DNA of 64,000 nucleotides from Escherichia coli (GTDB lineage Bacteria; Pseudomonadota; Gammaproteobacteria; Enterobacterales; Enterobacteriaceae): NCBI RefSeq assembly GCF_013122565.1, contig NZ_CP053258.1; one strand, 5' to 3'. Shown piece by piece: positions 39,349 to 49,896 of this stretch (position 1 is its first letter; each line of letters starts with the position of its first letter). The notes under the pieces were generated by a model. It saw only the letters and a program-made list of their open reading frames with translations, ran no database searches and was not told where the DNA came from. The position numbers and the translations under genes were made by a program.

Positions 39349-39395
39349 CCCCATGCCGCTATACTGCCGCCATCACTTAAAAACAGGATACAACA

Positions 39396-39716
39396 ATGAA
39401 CGACAGTGAATTTCATCGCCTGACTGATCAACTCTGGCTGACCATTGAAGAACGCCTGGACGACTGGGATGGCGACAGCGATATCGACTGCGAAATCAAC
39501 GGCGGTGTACTGACCATTACCTTTGAAAACGGCAGCAAAATCATTATCAACCGCCAGGAACCGCTGCACCAGGTATGGCTGGCAACCAAACAGGGCGGCT
39601 ACCATTTTGACCTGAAAGGCGATGAGTGGATTTGCGATCGCAGCGGCGAAACCTTCTGGGATTTGCTGGAACAGGCGGCGACGCAGCAGGCGGGTGAAAC
39701 AGTCAGTTTCCGCTAA
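39396..39716 (+). CDS. cyaY: Frataxin homologue CyaY
   Basis: 106 aa, [33 protein letters not shown]. Confidence 0.95.
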   Translation: MNDSEFHRLTDQLWLTIEERLDDWDGDSDIDCEINGGVLTITFENGSKIIINRQEPLHQVWLATKQGGYHFDLKGDEWICDRSGETFWDLLEQAATQQAGETVSFR

Positions 39717-39755
39717 GATTGCATGCCGGATAAGCCTCGCTTTCCGGCACGTTCA

Positions 39756-42302
39756 TCACGAAAAATACTGCTGTAATAGCGGCGTATCGTGATCCTGATT
39801 GGCAGGCGGCATGTTACCGATAGATTTTGTGCGGAACGGAATCACCTGTTCACGACCATCAACCTTCACAATCTGATAGAACTGCGGCAGGTTGAAGTTG
39901 ATGAAGCTTGAGCCGTATGTAAAACGGTCATGCGATGACGAGTAGAAGCGACTGACGTCACGCACCAGCTCCTCTTTGCTGCCTTCGCAGTGGTGATATA
40001 CCTCAACCCGGTTGCTTTCGTCGAGAATGTAGATATTAAAGCCATTCTCGTCTTGCGTTTCTTCGAAGAAGAACTGGATGATCCCTTCGCTGGCAAAGCC
40101 GTCCACCACCGCCGGTAATTTGACGTGATTGGTTTCAACCTGCACTGACAGGCCGTGCAGTTTGTTATGCGAAATAGCGCCATAAAACTCGATGGCGTTT
40201 TCCAGTTTCTGTACCGATACATTCAGGCGTTCGAAGAACAACCCCCAGGTTTGACCAGAAACGCGCAGCGCCTTGAAGCGTCCGGTTTCCTGGCGGGTGC
40301 TGGAAAGACGCAGTTCAATACACTCAGAAACCAGTTGCTGCACGCGAGTACGGATTAACCCGCGCAGATGCTGACTATAACAGAAGACTTCCACGCTATC
40401 TGGCGGTGCGGCGTCCTGATGCATTTTGCCGAGAATAGTTTTCAGGGCTTCGATCATCGATTGCTCGCCGTTGAAGTGCAGCGTACGCACTTCGTTCCAC
40501 GAGTTGCGGTACAGCAGGTCAACGCTACCTACCAGGCAATTTTGATTCTCGCCAAAGCTGAAGACATCCAGCTTACGGAAATCGAAATGCACCACCTGAT
40601 TGCGGAACGCCGCTGTTGGGTCATATTCCAGGTTAACGATAATCGCCAGATGGCGGATCTCACACGGGCTGTAGAGCGCCTTCGGTGTCGGTGCAGGTAA
40701 GCGCAGCGGGAAATGGTGCGACACGTCGGCGACCATCTCCTGCAACTTAGGCAAATCGACAATGCCGTTACCTTTAATATACAAACGGGTGCGCGAGGTC
40801 AGCAGGCCATTAAACCATGCCCACGCCACCAGTTTATTCAGGTAACGGTTATATTCCAGCGGCTGATGGCTGATGATCGACTCAATATTTGGCGCGCGGT
40901 TATACAGATACCAACCTGAACGGTTAGCACGGCCCGGCGGCACATAAATAAAGGTCAGATTCGGTTCCGAGAGATCGGGTGAAATCTGCGGGTTTACCAG
41001 CGTTACTTTACCTGGCAATGCTTCAAACGCGGCATACAGCTTACGCGTCAGCACACCGATATCCTGCGGACTGGCGGAGACGCTAAGGTTATTGCGACGC
41101 GCAAAGCGGATCAGATTACGGTAGCTCTGCATCATCGCGTCGAGCAGCTCGTTGTGTGCCTCACGCACCTGATCAATCTTCCAGTTAGCGCGGTTATCGA
41201 GCATTGCCAGACGAGCTTCGTCCCAACCCCACTCGCTCACTAACTGGCTCAACACTGCGCGACGCCAGCCTACGCAGGCGCGTTCACGGCTGAGCTTTTC
41301 GCACACTTTTAAATAGAAGCAGCGACGTACTAAATCCAGACGGGTAAAATCTTCAATCGCCGTCAGGTATTCAGTAACACGCTCCAGCATCATGCAGTAT
41401 GGATCGAGACCAAACGATACAATCTCGCCGTCGTGCAAACGCTGTTTGATATCTTTCGCCAGCAGACGTGGGTTCGGGTATTCCCAGGAATAGGCTTCCA
41501 GCAGCAGTGTTTTCAGTACCGCTTTGTATGGGGAATCGATACTCTTGTAGAGCTGCCAAAGGCTGGCACCAAAGTACTCTTCAGCAGAAAGCGAGCTTAA
41601 GCCACCGAGATCCAGCCATTCATTTGGCGTCAGCACGCCCTGCGCGTAAAGCGTCATCACATAGTCGTCGTAATGCTCTTCTTCGTCGCACGGCACCATA
41701 TTCCACAGAATACGCTTACCGGCGAGACGCACGGCGGTACGATAAAATTCGTCAAGCAGCAGTATATGCTGGGTGGAGCCACAATCTTCGCCCCCCAGGC
41801 TGCCGCTTTCATTATGACGGAAGCGGTTTTCATCAATCAGGAAGAAGCTGACTTCCACACCCAGCGAGGCGGCCCAGCTTTCCAGCAGGCTGCATTTACG
41901 TTGTAGTAACTGGCGCTCTTCGCTATCGAGCCAGGATTGATGACAGACCCAGATATCCAGGTCAGAGGAACAACTTTGCCCTACGGACGAGGTGCTGCCC
42001 ATGGTGTATACACCAGTAATTGGAAGCTCACCTTTCGGCGGGTCCTGTACTGACATTCCACGATACAGTTCAAGCTCGTTCAGGTAGTGGCGTTGAGTTT
42101 CATCAGGCGTGTAAAGGCAAATGCCTTTGGGAACGTTACCATCAAGGTAACCCGGCATTAGCGGATGGTGATAGTGCAACAATGTCGGCAGTAGACTGTA
42201 GACCTGTTGGAATGCAGGCCCCATAGCAGCAAGCGCGCGATCCACACGCAATTGATTTATGGCATCCAGTCTCTGTTTCAGAGTCTCAATATAGAGGTAC
42301 AA
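39756..42302 (-). CDS. cyaA: Adenylate cyclase (class I)
   Basis: 848 aa, TTG start, [28 protein letters not shown]. Confidence 0.95.
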   Translation of the reverse strand: MYLYIETLKQRLDAINQLRVDRALAAMGPAFQQVYSLLPTLLHYHHPLMPGYLDGNVPKGICLYTPDETQRHYLNELELYRGMSVQDPPKGELPITGVYTMGSTSSVGQSCSSDLDIWVCHQSWLDSEERQLLQRKCSLLESWAASLGVEVSFFLIDENRFRHNESGSLGGEDCGSTQHILLLDEFYRTAVRLAGKRILWNMVPCDEEEHYDDYVMTLYAQGVLTPNEWLDLGGLSSLSAEEYFGASLWQLYKSIDSPYKAVLKTLLLEAYSWEYPNPRLLAKDIKQRLHDGEIVSFGLDPYCMMLERVTEYLTAIEDFTRLDLVRRCFYLKVCEKLSRERACVGWRRAVLSQLVSEWGWDEARLAMLDNRANWKIDQVREAHNELLDAMMQSYRNLIRFARRNNLSVSASPQDIGVLTRKLYAAFEALPGKVTLVNPQISPDLSEPNLTFIYVPPGRANRSGWYLYNRAPNIESIISHQPLEYNRYLNKLVAWAWFNGLLTSRTRLYIKGNGIVDLPKLQEMVADVSHHFPLRLPAPTPKALYSPCEIRHLAIIVNLEYDPTAAFRNQVVHFDFRKLDVFSFGENQNCLVGSVDLLYRNSWNEVRTLHFNGEQSMIEALKTILGKMHQDAAPPDSVEVFCYSQHLRGLIRTRVQQLVSECIELRLSSTRQETGRFKALRVSGQTWGLFFERLNVSVQKLENAIEFYGAISHNKLHGLSVQVETNHVKLPAVVDGFASEGIIQFFFEETQDENGFNIYILDESNRVEVYHHCEGSKEELVRDVSRFYSSSHDRFTYGSSFINFNLPQFYQIVKVDGREQVIPFRTKSIGNMPPANQDHDTPLLQQYFS

Positions 42303-42687
42303 GACGTATCGCCTGATTTGCTACCCGTCATGACTGTGATTCCGCCAACATCAACGGTAACACGCGGCATTCGGGATATTTCGTATGTCAAAGGTAACCG
42401 TTACCACTTTTCGCGCTTGGTTTTTTTAGTTTCACGACGAAAAAATGGTCTAAAACGTGATCAATTTAACACCTTGCTGATTGACCGTAAAGAAAGATGC
42501 GCTACATACAAGTGTAGCACCGTTTATTCTCTGTAAATTCCTTATTACGACGGCGTGAAACGCCTGTCAGGATCCACTGCCAGACCTCTTTTACGGTTTG
42601 CGCAGGCGTCTACGTTTCACCACAACACTGACATCACTCTGGCAAGGATGTTAGGATGGACCACGGATGATAATGACGGTAACAAGC

Positions 42688-43629
42688 ATGTTAGACAATG
42701 TTTTAAGAATTGCCACACGCCAAAGCCCACTTGCACTCTGGCAGGCACACTATGTCAAAAACAAGTTGATGGCGAGCCATCCGGGCCTGGTCGTTGAACT
42801 GGTACCGATGGTGACGCGCGGCGATGTGATTCTTGATACGCCGCTGGCGAAAGTAGGCGGAAAAGGCTTATTTGTAAAAGAGCTGGAAGTCGCGCTCCTC
42901 GAAAATCGCGCCGATATCGCCGTACATTCAATGAAAGATGTGCCGGTTGAATTCCCGCAAGGTCTGGGGTTGGTCACTATTTGTGAGCGTGAAGATCCTC
43001 GCGATGCCTTTGTGTCCAATAACTATGACAGTCTGGATGCGTTACCGGCAGGCAGTATCGTCGGGACGTCCAGTTTACGTCGCCAGTGCCAACTGGCTGA
43101 ACACCGCCCGGATCTGATTATCCGCTCCCTGCGCGGCAACGTCGGCACTCGCCTGAGCAAACTGGATAACGGCGAATACGATGCCATCATTCTTGCCGTA
43201 GCCGGACTAAAACGTTTAGGTCTGGAGTCCCGCATTCGCGCCGCGTTACCACCCGAGATTTCTCTTCCGGCGGTAGGACAAGGTGCGGTCGGTATTGAAT
43301 GCCGCCTTGATGATACACGCACTCGCGAGCTGCTTGCCGCGCTGAATCACCACGAAACTGCACTGCGCGTTACCGCAGAACGCGCCATGAATACCCGTCT
43401 CGAAGGCGGATGTCAGGTGCCAATTGGTAGCTACGCCGAGCTTATTGATGGCGAAATCTGGCTGCGTGCGCTGGTCGGCGCGCCGGACGGTTCGCAGATT
43501 ATTCGCGGTGAACGCCGCGGTGCGCCGCAAGATGCCGAACAAATGGGGATTTCGCTGGCAGAAGAGCTACTGAATAACGGCGCGCGCGAGATCCTCGCTG
43601 AAGTCTATAACGGAGACGCCCCGGCATGA
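42688..43629 (+). CDS. hemC: Porphobilinogen deaminase (hydroxymethylbilane synthase)
   Basis: Trimmed to [20 protein letters not shown], 313 aa; divergent from cyaA. Confidence 0.95.
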   Translation: MLDNVLRIATRQSPLALWQAHYVKNKLMASHPGLVVELVPMVTRGDVILDTPLAKVGGKGLFVKELEVALLENRADIAVHSMKDVPVEFPQGLGLVTICEREDPRDAFVSNNYDSLDALPAGSIVGTSSLRRQCQLAEHRPDLIIRSLRGNVGTRLSKLDNGEYDAIILAVAGLKRLGLESRIRAALPPEISLPAVGQGAVGIECRLDDTRTRELLAALNHHETALRVTAERAMNTRLEGGCQVPIGSYAELIDGEIWLRALVGAPDGSQIIRGERRGAPQDAEQMGISLAEELLNNGAREILAEVYNGDAPA

Positions 43630-44366
43630 GTATCCTGGTCACCCGCCCGTCTCCCGCTGGAGAAGAGTTAGTGAGCCGTCTGCGCACACTGGGGCAGGTG
43701 GCCTGGCATTTTCCGCTGATTGAGTTTTCTCCGGGTCGACAATTACCGCAACTTGCTGATCAACTGGCAGCGCTGGAGGAGAGCGATCTGTTGTTTGCCC
43801 TCTCGCAACACGCGGTTGCTTTTGCCCAATCACAGCTGCATCAGCAAGATCGTAAATGGCCCCGACTACCTACTTATTTCGCCATTGGACGCACCACCGC
43901 ACTGGCACTACATACCGTAAGCGGACAGAAGATTCTCTACCCGCAGGATCGGGAAATCAGCGAAGTCTTGCTACAATTACCTGAATTACAAAATATTGCG
44001 GGCAAACGTGCGCTGATATTACGTGGCAATGGCGGTCGTGAGCTAATTGGGGATACCCTGACGGCGCGCGGTGCTGAGGTCACTTTTTGTGAATGTTATC
44101 AACGATGCGCAATCCATTACGATGGTGCAGAAGAAGCGATGCGCTGGCAATCCCGCGAGGTGACGACGGTCGTTGTTACCAGCGGTGAAATGTTGCAGCA
44201 ACTCTGGTCGCTGATCCCACAATGGTATCGTGAGCACTGGTTACTACACTGTCGACTATTGGTCGTCAGTGAGCGTTTGGCGAAACTCGCCCGGGAACTG
44301 GGCTGGCAAGACATTAAGGTCGCCGATAACGCTGACAACGATGCGCTTTTACGGGCATTACAATAA
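43626..44366 (+). CDS. hemD: Uroporphyrinogen-III synthase
   Basis: 246 aa, 4-nt overlap with hemC. Confidence 0.93.
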   Translation: MSILVTRPSPAGEELVSRLRTLGQVAWHFPLIEFSPGRQLPQLADQLAALEESDLLFALSQHAVAFAQSQLHQQDRKWPRLPTYFAIGRTTALALHTVSGQKILYPQDREISEVLLQLPELQNIAGKRALILRGNGGRELIGDTLTARGAEVTFCECYQRCAIHYDGAEEAMRWQSREVTTVVVTSGEMLQQLWSLIPQWYREHWLLHCRLLVVSERLAKLARELGWQDIKVADNADNDALLRALQ

Positions 44367-44387
44367 CTCTCATAACAGGAAGCCATA

Positions 44388-45605
44388 ATGACGGAACAAG
44401 AAAAAACCTCCGCCGTGGTTGAAGAGACCAGGGAGGCCGTGGACACCACGTCACAACCTGTCGCAACAGAAAAAAAGAGTAAGAACAATACCGCATTGAT
44501 TCTCAGCGCGGTGGCTATCGCTATTGCTCTGGCGGCGGGCGTCGGTTTGTATGGCTGGGGTAAACAACAGGCCGTCAATCAGACCGCCACCAGCGATGCC
44601 CTGGCTAACCAACTGACGGCATTGCAAAAAGCCCAGGAGAGCCAAAAAGCCGAGCTGGAAGGCATTATCAAGCAACAGGCTACGCAGCTTGAACAGGCGA
44701 ATCGTCAGCAAGAAACGCTGGCAAAACAGTTGGATGAAGTCCAACAAAAGGTCGCCACCATTTCCGGCAGCGATGCTAAAACCTGGCTGCTGGCTCAGGC
44801 CGATTTTCTGGTGAAACTCGCAGGACGGAAGCTGTGGAGCGATCAAGACGTCACGACCGCTGCAGCGTTGCTGAAAAGTGCAGATGCCAGCCTGGCGGAT
44901 ATGAATGACCCGAGTCTGATTACCGTTCGTCGGGCAATTACCGATGATATCGCCAGCCTTTCTGCGGTATCGCAGGTGGATTATGACGGCATCATCCTTA
45001 AGCTGAATCAGCTTTCTAATCAGGTAGATAACCTGCGTCTGGCCGATAATGACAGCGATGGTTCGCCGATGGATTCCGACGGTGAAGAACTTTCCAGTTC
45101 CATCAGCGAATGGCGTATCAATCTGCAAAAAAGCTGGCAGAACTTTATGGACAACTTCATTACGATTCGCCGTCGTGATGATACCGCCGTACCGCTGTTA
45201 GCGCCAAATCAGGATATCTATCTGCGCGAAAATATTCGCTCTCGCCTGCTGGTCGCTGCACAAGCTGTACCGCGTCATCAGGAAGAGACTTATCGCCAGG
45301 CGCTGGAGAACGTCTCCACCTGGGTACGTGCTTACTACGATACTGATGATGCCACCACCAAAGCATTCCTCGACGAGGTGGACCAGTTAAGCCAGCAAAA
45401 TATCTCGATGGATCTTCCGGAAACCCTGCAAAGCCAGGCGATGCTGGAAAAACTGATGCAGACTCGCGTGCGTAACCTGCTGGCACAACCGGCAGCGGAG
45501 ACAACGGAAGCTAAACCTGCACCTGCACCTGCACCTGCACCTGCACCTGCACCTGCACCTGCACCGCAAGCTGATACTCCGGCAGCCGCGCCGCAAGGAG
45601 AATAA
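44388..45605 (+). CDS. hemX: HemX membrane protein
   Basis: 405 aa, single TM then coiled-coil; C-terminal (Pro-Ala)n tract. Confidence 0.9.
   Translation: MTEQEKTSAVVEETREAVDTTSQPVATEKKSKNNTALILSAVAIAIALAAGVGLYGWGKQQAVNQTATSDALANQLTALQKAQESQKAELEGIIKQQATQLEQANRQQETLAKQLDEVQQKVATISGSDAKTWLLAQADFLVKLAGRKLWSDQDVTTAAALLKSADASLADMNDPSLITVRRAITDDIASLSAVSQVDYDGIILKLNQLSNQVDNLRLADNDSDGSPMDSDGEELSSSISEWRINLQKSWQNFMDNFITIRRRDDTAVPLLAPNQDIYLRENIRSRLLVAAQAVPRHQEETYRQALENVSTWVRAYYDTDDATTKAFLDEVDQLSQQNISMDLPETLQSQAMLEKLMQTRVRNLLAQPAAETTEAKPAPAPAPAPAPAPAPAPQADTPAAAPQGE
45525..45572 (+). repeat. Hexanucleotide tandem repeat (cctgca)n within hemX, encoding (Pro-Ala)n
   Basis: About eight perfect tandem cctgca units are visible in the sequence. 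Confidence 0.85.
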
Positions 45606-45607
45606 CC

Positions 45608-46804
45608 ATGCTAAAAGTGTTATTGCTCTTTGTGTTGCTGATTGCGGGGATCGTGGTTGGCCCGATGATTGCCGGTCATCAGGGTTATGTGCTGATCCAG
45701 ACCGACAACTACAATATCGAAACCAGCGTCACGGGCCTGGCGATCATATTGATTCTGGCGATGGTAGTGCTGTTTGCCATTGAGTGGCTACTGCGGCGGA
45801 TCTTCCGCACTGGCGCGCACACCCGTGGGTGGTTTGTCGGGCGTAAGCGTCGCCGTGCACGTAAGCAGACCGAACAGGCGCTGCTGAAACTGGCGGAAGG
45901 CGATTATCAGCAAGTTGAAAAGCTGATGGCGAAAAATGCCGATCACGCTGAACAACCGGTGGTGAACTATCTACTGGCTGCCGAAGCCGCGCAACAACGT
46001 GGTGATGAAGCGCGCGCCAACCAACATCTGGAACGCGCAGCGGAGCTGGCCGGCAATGACACCATTCCGGTAGAAATCACCCGTGTACGTCTGCAACTGG
46101 CCCGTAATGAAAACCATGCTGCACGCCACGGCGTGGATAAGCTGCTGGAAGTTACGCCACGCCATCCGGAAGTATTACGTCTGGCGGAACAGGCGTATAT
46201 CCGCACAGGTGCATGGAGTTCGCTGCTGGATATTATCCCATCAATGGCGAAAGCCCATGTTGGTGATGAAGAACATCGTGCAATGCTGGAACAACAGGCA
46301 TGGATTGGCCTGATGGATCAGGCGCGTGCCGATAACGGTAGCGAAGGTTTGCGTAACTGGTGGAAAAACCAAAGCCGGAAAACGCGTCATCAGGTAGCGT
46401 TGCAGGTGGCAATGGCGGAACATCTTATTGAATGTGACGATCATGATACTGCCCAGCAAATTATCATCGATGGCCTGAAACGCCAGTACGACGATCGCCT
46501 ACTGCTGCCGATTCCTCGACTGAAAACAAACAATCCGGAACAGCTGGAAAAAGTGCTGCGCCAGCAAATCAAAAACGTCGGCGATCGCCCGCTATTGTGG
46601 AGCACACTGGGCCAGTCACTGATGAAGCACGGAGAATGGCAGGAAGCATCGCTCGCCTTCCGCGCAGCGCTGAAACAACGTCCGGACGCCTACGATTACG
46701 CATGGCTTGCCGACGCGCTGGACAGACTGCACAAGCCGGAAGAAGCTGCAGCAATGCGCCGCGACGGTTTGATGTTAACGTTACAGAACAACCCGCCACA
46801 ATAA
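45608..46804 (+). CDS. hemY: HemY (TPR-containing membrane protein)
   Basis: 398 aa, two N-terminal TM helices. Confidence 0.93.
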   Translation: MLKVLLLFVLLIAGIVVGPMIAGHQGYVLIQTDNYNIETSVTGLAIILILAMVVLFAIEWLLRRIFRTGAHTRGWFVGRKRRRARKQTEQALLKLAEGDYQQVEKLMAKNADHAEQPVVNYLLAAEAAQQRGDEARANQHLERAAELAGNDTIPVEITRVRLQLARNENHAARHGVDKLLEVTPRHPEVLRLAEQAYIRTGAWSSLLDIIPSMAKAHVGDEEHRAMLEQQAWIGLMDQARADNGSEGLRNWWKNQSRKTRHQVALQVAMAEHLIECDDHDTAQQIIIDGLKRQYDDRLLLPIPRLKTNNPEQLEKVLRQQIKNVGDRPLLWSTLGQSLMKHGEWQEASLAFRAALKQRPDAYDYAWLADALDRLHKPEEAAAMRRDGLMLTLQNNPPQ

Positions 46805-46806
46805 TC

Positions 46807-46839
46807 TATATCGCCTCGTTCAGAGGCGATATTTTTTTA
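46807..46839 (+). terminator. Rho-independent terminator of the hemCDXY operon
   Basis: Hairpin tatatcgcctc-gttca-gaggcgatat followed by ttttttt. Confidence 0.75.
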
Positions 46840-46844
46840 CAAGG

Positions 46845-47444
46845 ATGTCAAAATTGCGCACGCCGTCCCGCTATCTTTTCCGCTTGTCATCGCATGAAAT
46901 TACTCCTTTTCGGGCAACGCTCTTTTTAATCTTGTTGATATGTGCCGCTCTGGCTGGCGTAAGTTGGCTGATTATTTCCTTTATGCGTACGGGCAATACT
47001 TTCATCTTCTGGTTAACACTTTTTATTGGGTATCTGATAGCTGCGGCGAAGCAGGAAAAAATCAAGCTCCTCAAGAAGCACCGAATCATGGCAGATAAAC
47101 GTCAGGGACGCTCCATTTGCCAGTTTGCTCGCGAATTTAACACCCACTCCGTAGATACATGGGTGATTCGGGCGGTGTGGGATACCTTGCAAGGAAACGG
47201 CTATATCGATTACCCACTGCCACTTAAAGCCGATGATAAACTGGACGATGATCTGGATTTGGTGAGCGACGCAGTCGAGTTAGAAGAGCTGGTTGAAGAT
47301 ACCGCCGCTCGTTGCGGGCGCGATCTATGCGGAATAGAAGAGAATCCGTTTCTTCCCATCGTCACGGTAGGCTCTCTTGTAAGAGTGTTAAACGCGCAAC
47401 CGATGACTCAGGAGCGACGTAACCAGTTGTTTATTCCGTCATAA
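46845..47444 (+). CDS. Hypothetical 199-aa protein with two predicted N-terminal TM helices and an acidic C-terminal region
   Basis: 600-nt ORF convergent with glmZ, stop abutting the glmZ terminator; the ATG sits only ~5 nt after the hemY terminator T-run with no properly spaced SD, so the true start (or expression) is uncertain. Confidence 0.35.
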   Translation: MSKLRTPSRYLFRLSSHEITPFRATLFLILLICAALAGVSWLIISFMRTGNTFIFWLTLFIGYLIAAAKQEKIKLLKKHRIMADKRQGRSICQFAREFNTHSVDTWVIRAVWDTLQGNGYIDYPLPLKADDKLDDDLDLVSDAVELEELVEDTAARCGRDLCGIEENPFLPIVTVGSLVRVLNAQPMTQERRNQLFIPS

Positions 47445-47649
47445 AAAAACGCCTGCTCTTATTACGGAGCAGGCGTTAAAACAGGTCTGTATGACAACAA
47501 GTGGGTGCTTCACTCAACGTTGTGTCCATGGTGTCTGATGAGGCATAAGCGACATCTGTCAGTGGACGATAAGCACCGTAAACGGCTCTGCGTCATTCCG
47601 GGGTTTATGAGGCACTAAGGCGAACATAAGAGATGGAATGAGCATCTAC
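47443..47649 (-). ncRNA. glmZ: GlmZ small regulatory RNA (activates glmS translation)
   Basis: The 207-nt minus-strand read GTAGATGCTCATTCCATCTCTTATGTTCGCC...AGAGCAGGCGTTTTTTT matches GlmZ as I remember it, with an intrinsic terminator and a CATAAT -10 about 7 nt upstream; lies between hemY and aslA as expected. Confidence 0.88.
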
Positions 47650-48073
47650 TCGTTTATTATGCCACAGAGAATCGGGAAATAACATCCCTTAACACTTGTT
47701 ATGAGATAATTCTGTAATCCTCTTTGCTTCCTGAGTAATAACTTCCTGAGTGAATATTTACCCTGAGCTTGATTCTACACATACTTATTATGAATGATAA
47801 AATTCATTCAATTAATAACACATGTATTAATTGCCGTTAAAACTAAAAACAGCATCAATAATCAACGCGATATAATAAACCTGCCTTACATATCAACTGC
47901 GCCAGAGGTAGGATTGAAAATGCTCTCCTGATTTTCTAATTCATTTTCTGGATAAATAAATAATTTATTTTTATCACTATTATTTATGTAATCATCCTGT
48001 CAGGGAGAGGGATCTCAATTATCAATGCTTAATTACGTCATCATTTTGATGACATGAAACCGGAGCATTTTGC

Positions 48074-49729
48074 ATGGAATTTTCGTTTTCACCCAAACTT
48101 CTTGTTGTTGCTGTCGCCGCCGCTCTTCCTCTCATGGCCAGCGCAGCAGATACCCCGTCAACTGCCACCGCACGCAAAGGCTTTACCGGATACGATCACC
48201 CAAACCAGTATCTGGTTAAACCGGCGACCACTATTGCCGACAACATGATGCCAGTAATGCAGCATCCGGCGCAGGATAAAGAAACCCAGCAGAAGCTGGC
48301 AGAACTTGAGAAAAAAACCGGTAAGAAACCCAACGTGGTTGTTTTCTTGCTGGATGATGTGGGCTGGATGGACGTCGGCTTTAACGGCGGCGGCGTGGCA
48401 GTGGGTAACCCTACACCAGATATCGACGCCGTTGCCAGTCAGGGGCTGATTTTAACTTCGGCGTATTCTCAACCAAGCTCTTCCCCAACCCGCGCCACCA
48501 TTCTCACCGGACAATACTCCATCCACCACGGCATTCTGATGCCGCCAATGTACGGGCAACCGGGCGGGCTGCAAGGGTTAACCACCCTGCCGCAATTGCT
48601 GCACGACCAAGGTTACGTCACCCAGGCTATCGGGAAATGGCATATGGGGGAAAACAAAGAGTCGCAGCCGCAGAACGTTGGCTTTGATGATTTCCGTGGC
48701 TTTAACTCGGTGTCTGATATGTACACCGAATGGCGCGACGTTCACGTCAATCCGGAAGTGGCCCTGAGTCCGGACCGTTCTGAATACATCAAGCAATTAC
48801 CATTTAGCAAAGATGACGTTCATGCGGTGCGCGGCGGCGAACAACAGGCCATTGCCGACATTACGCCGAAATATATGGAAGATCTGGATCAACGCTGGAT
48901 GGAATATGGCGTTAAGTTCCTCGACAAGATGGCGAAGAGTGATAAACCATTCTTCCTCTACTACGGCACTCGTGGCTGCCACTTCGATAACTACCCAAAT
49001 GCGAAATATGCAGGTAGCTCTCCGGCACGCACCTCGTATGGCGACTGCATGGTGGAGATGAACGATGTGTTCGCTAATCTGTATAAAGCACTGGAGAAAA
49101 ACGGTCAGCTTGATAACACGCTGATTGTCTTTACCTCCGATAACGGACCAGAAGCCGAAGTACCGCCGCACGGGCGCACACCGTTCCGTGGTGCGAAAGG
49201 ATCTACCTGGGAAGGCGGCGTTCGCGTTCCGACTTTCGTGTACTGGAAAGGGATGATCCAACCGCGTAAATCTGACGGTATTGTCGATCTGGCAGATCTC
49301 TTCCCCACAGCACTGGATCTGGCAGGGCATCCTGGCGCGAAAGTCGCGAATTTAGTGCCGAAAACCACCTTTATCGATGGTGTAGACCAAACATCTTTCT
49401 TCCTGGGAACAAATGGTCAGTCTAACCGTAAGGCCGAGCACTACTTCCTCAACGGTAAACTCGCTGCTGGGCGTATGGATGAGTTCAAGTATCACGTCCT
49501 GATTCAGCAACCTTACGCTTATACCCAGAGCGGATATCAGGGTGGATTCACCGGCACAGTAATGCAAACAGCCGGATCGTCGGTGTTTAACCTGTACACC
49601 GATCCGCAGGAAAGCGACTCCATCGGCGTGCGCCATATCCCGATGGGTGTACCGCTACAGACTGAAATGCACGCGTATATGGAGATCCTGAAAAAGTATC
49701 CACCACGCGCGCAGATTAAATCTGACTAA
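48074..49729 (+). CDS. aslA: Arylsulfatase-family protein
   Basis: 551 aa, signal peptide and sulfatase region ([11 protein letters not shown] ... [11 protein letters not shown]). Confidence 0.92.
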   Translation: MEFSFSPKLLVVAVAAALPLMASAADTPSTATARKGFTGYDHPNQYLVKPATTIADNMMPVMQHPAQDKETQQKLAELEKKTGKKPNVVVFLLDDVGWMDVGFNGGGVAVGNPTPDIDAVASQGLILTSAYSQPSSSPTRATILTGQYSIHHGILMPPMYGQPGGLQGLTTLPQLLHDQGYVTQAIGKWHMGENKESQPQNVGFDDFRGFNSVSDMYTEWRDVHVNPEVALSPDRSEYIKQLPFSKDDVHAVRGGEQQAIADITPKYMEDLDQRWMEYGVKFLDKMAKSDKPFFLYYGTRGCHFDNYPNAKYAGSSPARTSYGDCMVEMNDVFANLYKALEKNGQLDNTLIVFTSDNGPEAEVPPHGRTPFRGAKGSTWEGGVRVPTFVYWKGMIQPRKSDGIVDLADLFPTALDLAGHPGAKVANLVPKTTFIDGVDQTSFFLGTNGQSNRKAEHYFLNGKLAAGRMDEFKYHVLIQQPYAYTQSGYQGGFTGTVMQTAGSSVFNLYTDPQESDSIGVRHIPMGVPLQTEMHAYMEILKKYPPRAQIKSD

Positions 49730-49739
49730 GCCGGCGCTA

Positions 49740-49870
49740 TCGCTGAGATCTGCCTTTGCCGGATGCGATGCTGACGCATCTTATCCAGCCTACAGAACGC
49801 TGCAATTTATTGAATTTGCACGATCATGTAGGCCGGATAAGGCGTTTACGCCGCATCAGGCAATCAACCG
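49740..49870. repeat. Composite REP element with central IHF-like site (RIP/BIME type) between aslA and aslB
   Basis: Inverted gccggatgcg / cgccttatccggcctac arms around ctgcaatttattgaat; near-copy of the 30641..30750 element. Confidence 0.75.
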
Positions 49871-49896
49871 CAGGCGGCGACAAAATGGCCGCTTTT

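Noticed and set aside
39717-39755. Bidirectional terminator between convergent cyaY and cyaA
   Set aside because: Only a short 6-bp inverted repeat (gccgga/tccggc) without a flanking U-run on either strand; too weak to call
45387-45596. Minus-strand ORF encoding a CRCRCRCR repeat protein
   Set aside because: Reverse-frame reading of the hemX (cctgca)n repeat; not a gene
47650-47700. Sigma-54 (-24 GG / -12 GC) promoter for glmZ
   Set aside because: The tggcataataaacga stretch has a GG but no properly spaced TTGC/GC element; a CATAAT sigma-70 -10 at the right distance from the mapped 5' end explains the start without invoking sigma-54
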